Below are positions 13,691 to 25,620 of a DNA stretch of 64,000 nt, piece by piece. Position numbers and translations under genes: made by a program. Position 1 is the stretch's first letter. The number at the start of each line of letters is the position of its first letter. Source of the DNA: Camelus ferus (taxonomy: Eukaryota); contig NC_045697.1 of the NCBI RefSeq assembly GCF_009834535.1, positions 5,954,001 to 6,018,000 of the forward strand, read 5' to 3'. Under the pieces are notes generated by a model, which made no database searches, had not been told where the DNA came from, and worked only from the letters and a program-made list of their open reading frames with translations.

Positions 13691-13941
13691 AGGCCAGAGC
13701 TGGGACTAGAACCTCAGTCTGTGATTCCCAGTCCGTTGAGTCCTCTGTCAGACCAGACGGCTGTCTTTTGAGAAAGCATTCAAATGCTATTCCCCCAATT
13801 TCATTTTGAAACCATGGGCTAAGTCATGAAGAAGGCAGGCCATGGATCTCTAAAGAAGAATGAGGGGTCCATTGAAACATAGGGTGATTCTTTCTAGCTG
13901 TGAATAAATCCCCAATGGTTGTGATGTTAGATTAGCAAAGG

Positions 13942-13947
13942 TTTATT
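13942..13947 (-). terminator. Candidate SLC2A9 polyadenylation signal AATAAA
   Basis: tttatt on + is AATAAA on -, about 70 nt downstream of the stop codon. It is the first canonical hexamer after the stop; usage is unverified. Confidence 0.5.
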
Positions 13948-14015
13948 TTTAAATATTTGATAATGTTGAACTTGCAGGGGGATCTCTGGCTTCCTAAAAT
14001 GGTGGGAGTATCCAT

Positions 14016-14270
14016 TCAGACAGGCCTGCTTTGGACACAATTCTCCAGCGTGGAGGAGGAGTCTGGTTCGGGCTTTCTGTTCATTTTATCATCAGTTATA
14101 GCTGAATCCGTTTTCTCCTCTGGTTGGCACGTCTTGTTCCTTTTGGCAAATGCCTGGCTGATTTCTGCATGGGTTCTGTTTTTGGTCTCAGGCAGGACAA
14201 AATATAAACAAACAGCACCTATGAAGCAGATTGCAGCAAAGACCACGAAACAGTAGGTGTGCAGACTCTT
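14016..14270 (-). CDS. SLC2A9: SLC2A9/GLUT9 terminal coding exon (TM12 + cytoplasmic C-tail, 84 aa + TGA)
   Basis: Minus strand reads ...ctgtccacAG|AAG AGT CTG = [46 protein letters not shown]...RPV*. It contains the sugar-porter PETK motif and matches the GLUT9 C-terminus (human [46 protein letters not shown], from memory). Phase-0 acceptor AG at 14272-14271; stop at 14018-14016. Confidence 0.97.
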   Translation of the reverse strand, partial: KSLHTYCFVVFAAICFIGAVCLYFVLPETKNRTHAEISQAFAKRNKTCQPEEKTDSAITDDKMNRKPEPDSSSTLENCVQSRPV

Positions 14271-15012
14271 CTGTGGACAGGCAGGGATAAAAAGCATGAG
14301 GAAGACAGCTGCCAAGCTGGCTGTGAGTACCTCTCTGAGCAGATTTTTAAAAATAGTTTCCTGTTCATATACCAATACTCCTGGATAAAACACAGCATGA
14401 GTGAGGCTGGCTCTACAGGCAAATGTGTTTTATAAGAGTCTACAGGAGATGTTCTCACACGAGGCACGAATAAATCAGCTTCAAACCCTGGTAGAGATGA
14501 AGAAACGGCAGGCAGTCTTTATTTATTTTGAAAACTAGGCATGTAGAAATTAACCGTCACAAAAGCAAAACGTGATACTTACTAAATGTTGTCTAAGTTC
14601 ATATTTACCATTAGCCACATTCTCCTTCCCCTACTCCCCAAGAGATGCATGAGAAAAGTGTGTTGTCAAAAGGGAAGTGTAATTCCCAAGTTAGTAAGAA
14701 AAATACGGAGACGAGGTCAAGCTAACACCATCTTTTCTAATATGCAAAATGTGTAACTCACTGATGCTCTGATACAGCTTCCTACAAATAAGAGAGACTA
14801 GAAAAAGGAGAACAGTTGAATGCAATCACTCTATTTTATGTGTCTTGATTATAGCACCCCTAGTGCTTGGACTAGAGTGACCCTGATGACAGCACTTGAC
14901 CTTGAGCTTCTCAGTGACTCGGTCATCTCTGCAGCTCCTGTGCCTGCACAGTGCCTGGCTCACAGTAATTTCCTAATAAATATTTGTTAGATGAGAGGCT
15001 TTATATATTCCA

Positions 15013-15171
15013 GGGGGGAGTGGACAGCTCAATGGTAGAGCACGTGCTTTGCATGCAGGAGGTCCTGGGTTCAATCCCCAGTCCCTCCTCTAAAAATAAA
15101 TAAACCTAATTATCTCCCCCCACACACAATAATTAAATAATACAATAATAAATAAATCAAATATTTAAAAA
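15013..15171 (+). mobile_element. tRNA-derived SINE (Vic-1-like)
   Basis: ggggagtggacagctcaatggtagagcac...gtcctgggttcaatccccag plus A-rich tail. TSD aggctttatatattcca (14996-15012) / aggctttataggttcca (15172-15188). Confidence 0.9.
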
Positions 15172-16265
15172 AGGCTTTATAGGTTCCAGTTGTCAGAGCC
15201 ATGACTTTTTCATTCAACAAATGTCTACAGATTGACAGATAAGGTGACATTGTCTACGAATGATACTTCACAAGAAGCAATATCTTGATTTTAGTCAATT
15301 GCAGGCTGTTCTTTGATTTGACAAACATTTATCTTTAAAGCATAGCCAGTGCTTAAAAACTGGATCTCTAGATCACATCCCAGATCCACCATTTACTGAA
15401 TCTGAGGCTATCCGTGCCTCAGTTTTCACAGCTGTGAAATGCGGGTAATAATGGTACTCACTGGCTGTTGTAAGGATTAAAAGAGCTATTTCCTGTTAAG
15501 GTCAGAGGGCGGCTGTGGAGGTAGCAAACATTCCACACCAGGGAGGCTTGTCTCTGAGGGCGTGTGCCTTCCACTTGCCCACGCAGATTCCACGAGCAGA
15601 ACAGAGAAGAGAGAGCTGTGCTCACAGCTTAGAAAGCAAGGACCGGGGAGAAGACAGGAGAGACCTGGCTAAAGGGTCAACAGGAAAAAGAAGCCTCAGG
15701 GCCTGCCAAGCCCAGAGGTTCCAACAGAAGGTATGGGCCAGCGCTGGAGAAGGGCTGCCTGGGCTCGCCCCGTCCCGCCCGCCACGTGGGAGCCTGCATG
15801 AGCAGTGCGACCTCCCTGTGCTTTGGTTTCCTCAACTGTAAGGAGGGACCAATAGGGTCCCCCTCACCGCCCCCCTGAGCAGTGCATAGAGCATTGCATG
15901 GATGGAAGGACCAGAAACCTGGGAGCTGGAGTTCACCCTGTCCTGGCAGCAGAAGGACCTTCGTCGGCATCTGCCCCAAATAATTCCATGCCAGCCATCA
16001 TGTGGCAACCTGTCACTCCTGCAAGTATGTGATTGCATTTAATCTGGGCAGAGAAATGCACTTATTAAGCCCCTCCTGGGTGCCAGCAACATCACAGACA
16101 TTGTCTAGTCTGATGCCCACAGCCCACACTGTGATGCAGCCATTTGTCCTTCCCTTTGACAAAAGATGAAATTGAGGATTCGAGAGGTTTTGTAACACGT
16201 CCAGGGCCACGTAGGGCCTGACTAGCAGCTCGCACCTTCTCCATTATTTATCATGACTCTCACTG

Positions 16266-16267
<2 letters not shown>

Positions 16268-16316
<49 letters not shown>
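16268..16316. repeat. (GT)n microsatellite
   Basis: About 22 uninterrupted GT units. Confidence 0.95.
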
Positions 16317-16317
<1 letters not shown>

Positions 16318-16433
16318 AGGGGGAATAAAATGCTACTAGGATCCTACAGTGATTCACCAACTCACTTGTGAAGTCGATCTTCTTAACCTTCTCTTACAGG
16401 TGAGAAAATGGAGATCAGAGAGGGTGAGTGACT

Positions 16434-16625
16434 AAACAAGATGGTACTGTGTAGCACAGGGAAATATGTACAGGATCTTGTGGTGGCTCACAGCAAAAGA
16501 GAATGTGGCAATGAATGTATGTATGTTCACGTATAACTGAAAAATTGTGCTCTATACTGGAATTTGACACAACATTGTAGAATGACTATAACTCAATAAA
16601 AAAAAAAAATGTTTAAAAAAAAAAA
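16434..16625 (+). mobile_element. Short L1 3'-UTR fragment with poly(A), inserted in a MIR
   Basis: aaacaagatggtactgtgtagcacaggg...gactataactcaataaaaa. TSD agagagggtgagtgact (16417-16433) / agagagggcgagtgact (16626-16642). Flanks are MIR core (acaggtgagaaaatggag...tgacttgcc). Confidence 0.88.
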
Positions 16626-17129
16626 AGAGAGGGCGAGTGACTTGCCTGCAGTTACCCAGTTGGTAAGGGCTGCATCTGGGTCTGATCCCGGCTGGCCTGA
16701 TCTGGAGGCCACTGTCTCGCTTCTGTACCTGCCCCTTTTGGGCAAATTCATTCAGTGCAGTTGGTCTGGTGAAGCACCTGGCGTGGAGGATGTATGTGTC
16801 ACTTTTTCCCTCTTTCCTCTTTTACTTCAAAACAACTCAGAAATTGACTTTCTGCCCAGCTGGCTGCTCCTGAGAAGTTTTTCAGTCCCTCCCGAGTATG
16901 GTTGGCGTGGGAAGGTCCGTCCAGTGTCCCCCGAGCAAAGAGATTTCAGGCGTCTGTAGCAGGAGGGACCCTGCCCGAGAAGCAACAGGGCTCGGTTCCA
17001 GATCTGACTCCACCAAACACCCAGCTCGTTACGTGACGCTGGCAAGTGCGCCCAACCCGTCGGGGCCTCACTCTCCCCACGAATAAAATAGACACAATCA
17101 TATCAGAGGTTTTCTGTAAAACACTGTCA

Positions 17130-18230
17130 CATTCATGAGGCTTAGTTCATAAATTAAGGCAAACAAACCAACCTCTGGCTACTTTAAAATTAAGAGCATC
17201 TGTTCATCTGAAAGCACCACAGGGTGCAGGAGCCACAGACGGGCAGGAGGTATCATACACAGCGAACAGAGAATTTGTGTCCCAGCTTTTAAAAACCCAA
17301 CTCTTATGAGTCAATCAGAAAAAGGTGACGTAACAGGGAAAAGGACAGAATGCGTGAACAGGTGTTTCACAGAAGAGGAAATACAAATGGCAACTAAGCC
17401 TGTGAAAAGGTGCTCACTGTCCTTAGTGATTCAGGATAATACGAGATAAAACCATAATTTTATATCATCCCGCACTACCAGGTCGGTAAAAGTTGGAAAA
17501 GTCCGACAACGCCAATGCCAAGTGTTGAGGAGCAACAGAAACTTTCATCCTGGAAACGGCCGTGCCGACCTTGGAGCACGACTGGGCTTTACCGCGTCAA
17601 GGCGAGTTGCGCGTGTCCTGCGACCCAGCAGTGACACGCAGGGTGCTGTCTGTTCTGGAGAGGCTACTATTTGAATTTAAATGAACGAAAAGCCCAGCGC
17701 TTTCGGCCACCCCAGCCACATTCAGGTGCTCAGCGGTCACGTGGCTGGCGGTGGCTCCCGCATTGCGTTAGCGGGCAGCCAGCGTTCCCATCAGCACAGA
17801 ACACTGGTGCGCCGTACCTGGAAATTCAGAGCAATACTGCTCACAGAGCGAGCAAACGGGAGACGGCTCTGATGCTCTGGGGAAAGGGAAGGGGCTAATA
17901 ATTAGGATGCATTCATACAAAGGATTCTATAGAGCAGTAAAAGACGGTGGCCTGTGGTCAGGGCATGTGACATGGATGGCACCTGAAGACACGCTGCGTA
18001 TAAGAATGAGGCACAGCAAGCACCTCCAGGATGGCGGTTCTCTTTATATAAACACAAAAATCAGGCAAAGCACAACACTAGATTTTTAGGGGACACCTTT
18101 CATACGGGGGTCAAACCATAAAAAAAGAAAAAAACAAAAGCATGATGAGTGCAAAATCCCAGCCAGGGACCAGGGAGAGGCATCCAGGGCATTGACATGG
18201 CTTACGCTGGCTGAGTGCGCTGATTTTTCC
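17130..18230 (+). mobile_element. Ancient L1M (ORF2 3' end and 3' UTR)
   Basis: 'gtgaacaggtgtttcacagaagaggaaatacaaatggc...tgaaaaggtgctca' and 'gacccagcagt...' are L1 ORF2 C-terminal motifs. Confidence 0.7.
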
Positions 18231-19840
18231 CTGCTACTTTTCCGTATAATGCTACTTTTTCCATATTATAATTCTATAATAACAGTAATCAAATTACTCT
18301 CTTTGTCTAGGTGATGCATTTCATCCTCCTTTGAGTATGACGTGTTTCATAATTATAATTAAAAATATATACTCTGTATATTATATACTTACAGAGAAAT
18401 TGATTTATTATGTACACTTTCTATAGAAATATATATACATATAATAGTATGAGTGAAAGAACCCAAACCCAAGCGGTAATTCACTCACGGTGAACAAGTT
18501 TCAAAAGGAACTTAACCAAAAGAAAATTCTATAGCTAGAGTTAGATACAAGAATTTGGTAAAAAAAAGAAAAAAAAAAATTCTCCCAGGACACGGGACTC
18601 AGCCTGCCAGGTGGCTCAGCTGAGGACCAGTCTGGAGGCAGGGACAGGTAGCTGGCCCTGAGGTCCTGGTGATCTCCTGGAAGCCCCAAAGGGAACAGAA
18701 GTAGTAGCGACAGGAGACCCTTGTGTAGGTGCTTGGTCCTGTCATCCGGGGAAACTCCCTTCTCCAACCCACATAAACGCTATGAGCTGCAGTTACATCC
18801 TTTCTCTAACACATCTTTTGTGCTATTACAAACGATCATGAAAATGTTCCATAGTCTTTAAAATGGAGAAACAATTTTTCTTTTGAGAGTATGCTATACC
18901 ACCAAATTATGCTAAAAAAAATAAAGCAATTATGGCAAAGGGCCACTTTTAGGAAAAGATCCTGATATTAAAGAGAAATCTCACCTTTCTTCTGCTCCAG
19001 TTTATCAGAATTTTGTGAAAACACAGCAGCTCTTTGAAGCTGCCAGCTTCCCTGAACAAAGGAAAGCTTTAGATGCGAAGTACAGAGCTGGGAAGGGAGC
19101 TGCGAGCCCTGACAGAGTAGTCCCGGGTCCCTTCGCACATCAGCCTTGTCGGGGTGGAGGAGGGGCACGGGCACTGCCTAGAAATCTGGTCACAAAGCCA
19201 CGTGCTCTAGAGGTAACACAGTTAGAACCCCGTGTAACTCTGGGTTATATTTATCAAAAGCAACAACTGTTAGAAAGGAAAAAAAAAGAGTTAGAATGAA
19301 TAATTCCTGCAATAGTGACTACATTCCCCAGAACAGACCAGAGATTCTCTTCCAAACTTTACTTAGAAGCCGTCCCTGCGTCTTTCACACTAGGTCCAAG
19401 CGTGTCTCCTCTGAGAGACTTTTACACGCACAGACCTCTACTGAGCATGTCCCGCTGTTAGCGAGTCGGTGGCATCCCTGCTGTCATCTCTCTGAGGACG
19501 GGACACAAGTCACCCCTCTCTGGGTCCCAAGAACTCACCACAGCATCTGGTGTAGACTGTTTGCCAAATTGAGTTAATCACAGCGTGTTGAGGACAGCGC
19601 CTGGACTCTAGTGTGATGTGAATGGCAGCCCTCCTCCCTCCCCGTGGGGCCCGGCACAATGAGGATGAGGGTGCCTGAGGTTGGACAACACCAGCTGGAG
19701 ACCTGAAAGTCATTCATGATGCTTCCTGTCCCCTCGGCAGCCATGTGAGGTCCTCCCACTAAATCATGCTGTATTGCCTTCCTTAAATAGCCCCCCAGTC
19801 TAGCCACCCCACCTTGGCAGCTCCACTCTGGAAGTCTAGC

Positions 19841-20017
19841 CCAGGGACTGGCAACATTTGCCTGTAAAGTGACATTGGGTCTCTGTCAGGACCTCTCAGC
19901 TCTGCTTTTGCGGGAAGGCAATGGGAGACGATGAAACACACAGGGACGCGCTTGGCTGCATCCCGATAAAACTTTATTTACCGAAAAAAGGGGTGGGCTG
20001 GAGCTTATCAGCCCTGC
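19841..20017 (+). mobile_element. hAT-Charlie MITE (MER58-like)
   Basis: cagggactggcaacatttgcctgtaaag ... ggctgcatcccgataaaactttattta ... cagccctg. Confidence 0.6.
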
Positions 20018-22874
20018 CTCACCCAAGGAGCCATAGCTTCTCGCCTTCTTGACTGGTGTCCCTCCGTCTGTGTTCCCTCCCCAGTCTGTTCTGCACAGCA
20101 AAGCCCGAGGAGACTTTCAGAAAAATACCTTGGTCACGTGAGTCCCTACTGAAACCACTTCCGTGCCCCTGCTCTGGGATGAAGACCAGCCTCCTCGGCC
20201 TGCCCCGAAGAGGCGTGCGGTGTCCCCTCCGCCTCCCTCTCTCGGATGCTTCCCCCACGTTGGCTCTGGGTCGCTCCCGCCTCCCACCGTGCCTCTGCGG
20301 GCTCCGAGCCTCTGCGCTTGCTGTTCCCTCTCTCCCTGAATTGTCACCTCGTGTCCAAGCTTGGGTTGTAAGTTCCATGATGGCAGAATCCATGTCACCT
20401 GCTCTCCACAGGACCCCCAACCTGAGATAGCGCTTGGCTCAGTGTAAGCGTTTTCTTAGTATTGTTGAACGAGTTGATAAATTAACGAAATGAGAGGACT
20501 TTTATGGAGATGCAGGAAAGTACAAAAAAGCTTCCAAGTTAGATTTTCATGAATGTGACGAAAATATAATTCCTTCTGCTCAGTGTCCGCCCTGCTCCCG
20601 CTCCCGGAGCTGGAACGCTGGCCGGTTGGTGATTCACACTGAGCTCCTGGATGCGTCAGCGCACAGACCGCCATTTAAGAATTGATGGGAAGCCAGGTGC
20701 CTTACACTTGTGACTCCAATTCTGCGAAGAGCTTTAAAAGGCCAGGCTGTTCTGCTTTGTGAGCACAGCGGACCGGAAACATCAGGACGCTTCTCGGGAT
20801 GCTGGAAGGGGGCGGGGACCTCAGTGATGACGTGCATCTCTGGTGTGTGTTGTGGCTCCCAAGTTGCTGTCCCATGTGCACTGAAGGTCTCGTTGGAGTT
20901 GCCCAGGAACCTCTGAGGTAGGCACGGCCCTGGGGCTGCCTGATGGATGGCGTTTCAGCTCCACACGCCCTGCTGGAAGCCACATTAACAGCCCTGCCGA
21001 CGTCTCCCCCTCGCAGCCTCCCTCCCTCCCTGCAAGCCTGCTCTTCCTCCAGCTGCCTGCAGAAATGGCCCTGCCGTCCTCCCTCCTGCCCGAGACCGAC
21101 ACCTGATATCACCTTTGACGACTCCTTCCCTCTCTGTCTTTGCTGCTAAGTCCTGATGACTTTACCCTGAAACATCTTTTTTTAAAAAATACTAATTTTT
21201 ACCAATATATAGTATGCATATAATAACTTGCAAAGAACTCTAGTGTAGAGTTCAGTGCATTCAGAGGAAAGTATACCCCTGCGTAACCAACACCTCTACT
21301 AAGATGTGGAACATTTCCACCACTCCAGAAAGTTCCTTGTGCCATTTTCTAGTCAATGTCCCTCATCCCGCCCCCAGCACACACAGAGTTAACCGCTGTG
21401 CTGGCTTCTATCACCTTAGCTTCCATTTTTCCTTCCTCTGCCCTGAATCTAGTTCCCACCAGGCAGATAAAGAAAAGTCTCTTAGAAGCACAAAACGGAT
21501 CATGTCTTAAAATCTTGCAGTGGCTTCCACCGTCCTTCGGATAAGCCCCAAGTCCCTAAGTGCCTCAATGCCTTGAGGGATTTGGCCCCAGCTTCCTGTC
21601 CTCCCTCAGAAGGACCTGAAATCCTCTCCTTCCCTCGGAAGCCTGCTCTATGCCTGCTCAGGGCTTCTGCCAGCATCTTCCATCCCCTTGCCAGGCATCG
21701 CCTCCCTCCCCTACCCCAAGCAGGTGCTTCTTCAATCTCAGCTTGAAAGGTCCCTGCACTGATCAGTCCAGTTAAGTGACCCCCCCACCCCGTTTTACCT
21801 CCTCCCGTGAAACACAAACTACACTTGTCCCACGAGAGTCATATCTGTTCTTTATAAAATGTTGGGGCAGGTTGTGCCCCACTGTTCACTGCCCTCCCTG
21901 CCTCTGGCACAATGCTGGTACCTGCAGGGACTGAGTGGGTAGAAGACTGTCTTCCTTGGAGGACCACTTGGCCCATCCAGAGAGGCTGGGGGCACTTTTC
22001 CTTGATTTTAGCTCCCATTTTCCCAGATCTGTGTCAGTTTTCCCCCTCACTTTGCATAGGTATTTGGGATAAGACCCTATTTTTCAAGTTGAAGAGCATC
22101 ATTTTCTCCCTTCCAGATTTTATTGAACTCAGGTGGAATTTTGTAACTCCAGTGGAATCAAGCAGGCACACATTTGCATGCACTTTTCTCCAAACCAGAA
22201 AATATTGATGTTTACAGAAAAGTCCGAGTAATCTGTAGGCTTTTATAACCAGTGTCCCAAGGGACCCAATGATGCTGACCACAGCGAAGGCCTAGAGGAG
22301 AAGACAGGCTATGGCTGTTTCTCCAGAGAGTGATATTAATCTTCCCAGGGGTCAAGACAGCCCAGCCCAGCCCAGCCCATCTAGAGCATCTTGCGGGAAG
22401 AGGGCAGGGTGGGTGGAAGAGAAGGAGCAGGGAGGGGAGAGGCAAGCCTTGAGAGGCTGTTTGTCCCATATGGCTCAGCTAGTGATGGGTGGGGCAGGTT
22501 TCTGGCATTCACCACGATTGCCCTTTCTGCCCTGTCTCCTCTCTCCAGGTGACCCTGAAATCACATGGCAGGAAACAGCCTTCTCAATACATATGAGGAG
22601 CAGGGAGCTGGGGTATTTATCCTCCAACAGATGAGAAAACTGAGAAAACTGAGGCTTAGAGAGGCAGCCCAGGGCCCCTTTGCTAATGGACGGGCTACAA
22701 TACAGATTGGATTCATGCCTTTGTCCAGAGTCATGCTGGCACAGATATTTCTTCTTTCTGAAGAAGTTCAGGCTCCTTGCAGGCCTCTGTTGGGGGTTGG
22801 GAGACATTTGCCCCTGACACATTTTGTAATAAGTGAAAGGACCAAAATGCTTGAACAGCAGTGCTTGGTGGCTA

Positions 22875-23255
22875 CTGTGGGCGGACTTGTGTCCCCTCAA
22901 GCTTCATGCTGAAATCCTAACCCCCAGTATCTCAGATGGACTGTATTTGGAGGTGGGGTCTCTAAAGAGGTGATAAGGTAAAACGAGGTCATATGGGTGG
23001 GCCCTAATCCAGGTGACTTGTTTTCTCACAAGAAGAGGAGATTAGGAGCAGACGCACACAGATGGAAGAACACGCGAGGACACAGGGAGAAGACGGCCGT
23101 CTGCACGCCGAGGAGAGAGGCCTCAGAAGAAACCAACATTGCCAAGGCCTCCGTCCTGGACTTTCAGCCTCCAGAATTGTGAGGCAGCAGATTTCTGCTG
23201 TTTAAGCCCCCTAGCCTGTGACACTTGGTTATGGTAGCCGTGGGAAAGGAACACA
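22875..23255 (+). mobile_element. MaLR LTR (MLT1A/B-like)
   Basis: tgtgggcggacttgtgtcccc...gaaatcctaacccccagt...gactgtatttggag...gactttcagcctccagaattgtgag...tttctgctgtttaagcc. Confidence 0.85.
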
Positions 23256-24639
23256 GTGGCTCTCGCTTGTGGCTGAGATGGCTTTGAGAAGGGCTGTGGA
23301 ATGGGGATGGTTCGTTTACAGAGTCTACAGCAAGCAGAGCTGATCCCACCGGAGGGTCTGGGCAAGGGGAGGGATGTGACTCAGAACTTGTAAGTCCTAT
23401 GTGTCCCCAATGCCTTCATCATTTCCAGCAGTGGCCCCTGGAGCCTGGCCCTCTGCCTTGGCAAGTTCCCGTCCAGAAAGGACATTTAACCAACATTGTC
23501 CTCCCCAGCTTGATCAGGAGGCCGAAATTTCCCCAAATCTAAACGTGGCCACTTGACCGGTGTCTCTATCAGCGCGTCCAGCAGGGCCATTCAACTCTAG
23601 TCAGCAGCAGACCTCCAGCATGTCCTGAACAATCCCTGAAAACCCAGAGACCCAGGAGATGCCCCAGGAACTCTGCTTCCAGAGGGAAGTTGCCATAAAA
23701 AAATGCCCACGGGCATAAGGAAAGGCTCATAAAATCATGCCGGATGAGAAAAGCCAAAAACAAAAGAAAACAAAAATCAATTTCAATTTTTTATAAATAT
23801 AAGAAATTACATACATTTGGCAGAAAGGAAGGAAGCAGCATCAGTAACCCGTGACACAGGTGCTTTCACTTGCTTTTCTTTGTATTTTCTTAGTTGCTAC
23901 AAGAGATCCTGAGCCATTTATAACTAGACTTCCCTCGGAATTCTCCCAGGAAACTTCACAGGGAAAAAGGAAGAGGAGGAGGAGGAGGAGGACACAGCAA
24001 GGTGAGTCAATCACACTCCCCGTTTCTTGACTTTCTATCATTACTGGACTGGGTACCATTCCTCTCTTATTTATATTGATTTGTTTTTCCTCTTTTTCCC
24101 CTCAGTCTCTGTGCTCATTCCTTTTGCCCTTCCATGCGCTTCCCTCAACCCTAGACAAACTCATGTGCAAGTGTTTGATGGATGTTCTTGAAATCAACCA
24201 GTTCTTTCTATCTGTCTGTCTATCTATTATCTATCTATCCATCCATCCATCCGTCATCACCATCATCATCCATCTATCTTTTTACCAGTCAACTTTCTGT
24301 CATTTTCTTCCTGAAAATCTGTATTGTTGCTTTATATATGTGTGTTTTAAAAATAATAACTCTTCTTTACTATAATTAATTTGGGTTAAACAAATGCCAG
24401 GTGAAGTACTTTTACTGTCTTTATTCTGAGCACAGTATTTACTTCATTTTAGCTTTATTTCACTTTCCCTACTATCTTCAATGTGGCAATTATTTAATAA
24501 TTAGATGTTGCATGGCCTAAAGAGAAATGAAAAGGCTATTAAATAAGTGCCAAGAACTATTGTTGTGAGATCAAAATCGCCATGACCCTCAGCGTTCACA
24601 GGAATCTAAACACTTACAGAATACACTGTACAGTTTCTC

Positions 24640-25620
24640 TAAAGGCAAACATTTCCCACCGGCTGTGTGTGCCCTTGCAGCGTCTTTAAGTCGCCTGCAT
24701 TATATGTGTGTTTTAAATTTACATAAACGACACACATGGTATCGGGCTTCAGACTCCCCTGCTCTGCTCTCAGCACTGGGGTCGGATCTGTGCACTTGCG
24801 GGTCAAGATCGGGTTCACTGCTTTTCACGGCAGCGTAACTATTTGGTAGTGTGTTTCTCCTATGCTTTATTTATACTTTCCCCAAGGGATGGCAACTCAG
24901 GTTACCTTTAACCCCTCATTGCCACAAACAAGGCTGTAGTTAATATTCCTATACAGTCTATCCTACGGACCTACGTGAAAATCTCTGGGATATGTAACTA
25001 GGGGTGGAGTCTGGGGTCATTGGGAATACGGATGCTTAATTTTGAATAACTAGTAACAGATTGTTCGATCTGTGCTTGAGGGCTCCCATTTCCCTAGGTC
25101 TTTGTCAACACCTGGTATTCTCCACATTTCTAATTTGACAACTGGGCAAGTACACAGAGGCATGTTCTCGGTGTAGTCTGTCTGTCTGATTTAAACAAGT
25201 TCAAGGCCTCTCTTCCCTCGCATGTTACCACTTCGGCATCTAGTTCTGGGAACGGCCCTTTCTACTTCCCCTTCCCTGTAGGACTCAGGTCTTTTTACTG
25301 TTGACCCACAGGAGGTCCTCACTGTTGCAGGTGTTGCTCCCTGATCAGTTTTAGAGGCTACACAGGGCTTCTCTTGCCCCATCGTCTGCCGCAGCCTTGA
25401 CCCTGCCGTTCCTTGTTGGGCAGAAACCCACCATTTTGATGTAGTTGAATCTACCCTTTCTCTCCCCATTGTTTGTGCTTTGAGGGGTCTTGTCCTTCCC
25501 CAGCCCGGGTCACGGTGATACCTTCCTACTTTGTCTTCCGTTTGGTTTTTAGTTTTGCGTGCACATTTTGGTCCTGAATACATCTAGAATCATTTTATAC
25601 TGTTCTATCTGTTTAGTCCC
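24640..25620 (-). mobile_element. Ancient L1M fragments
   Basis: Antisense L1 ORF2/3'UTR motifs, e.g. 'acaaacaaggctgtagttaatattc', 'ccattttgatgtagttgaatct'. Confidence 0.5.

Noticed and set aside
14271..14393. N-terminal part of the 125-aa ORF 14016..14393
   Set aside because: Intronic read-through upstream of the splice acceptor; GLUT9 similarity starts at KSLH.
20472..20487. HNF1-like site gttgataaattaac
   Set aside because: Only one good half-site and the spacing is off by one versus GTTAATNATTAAC; too weak to call.
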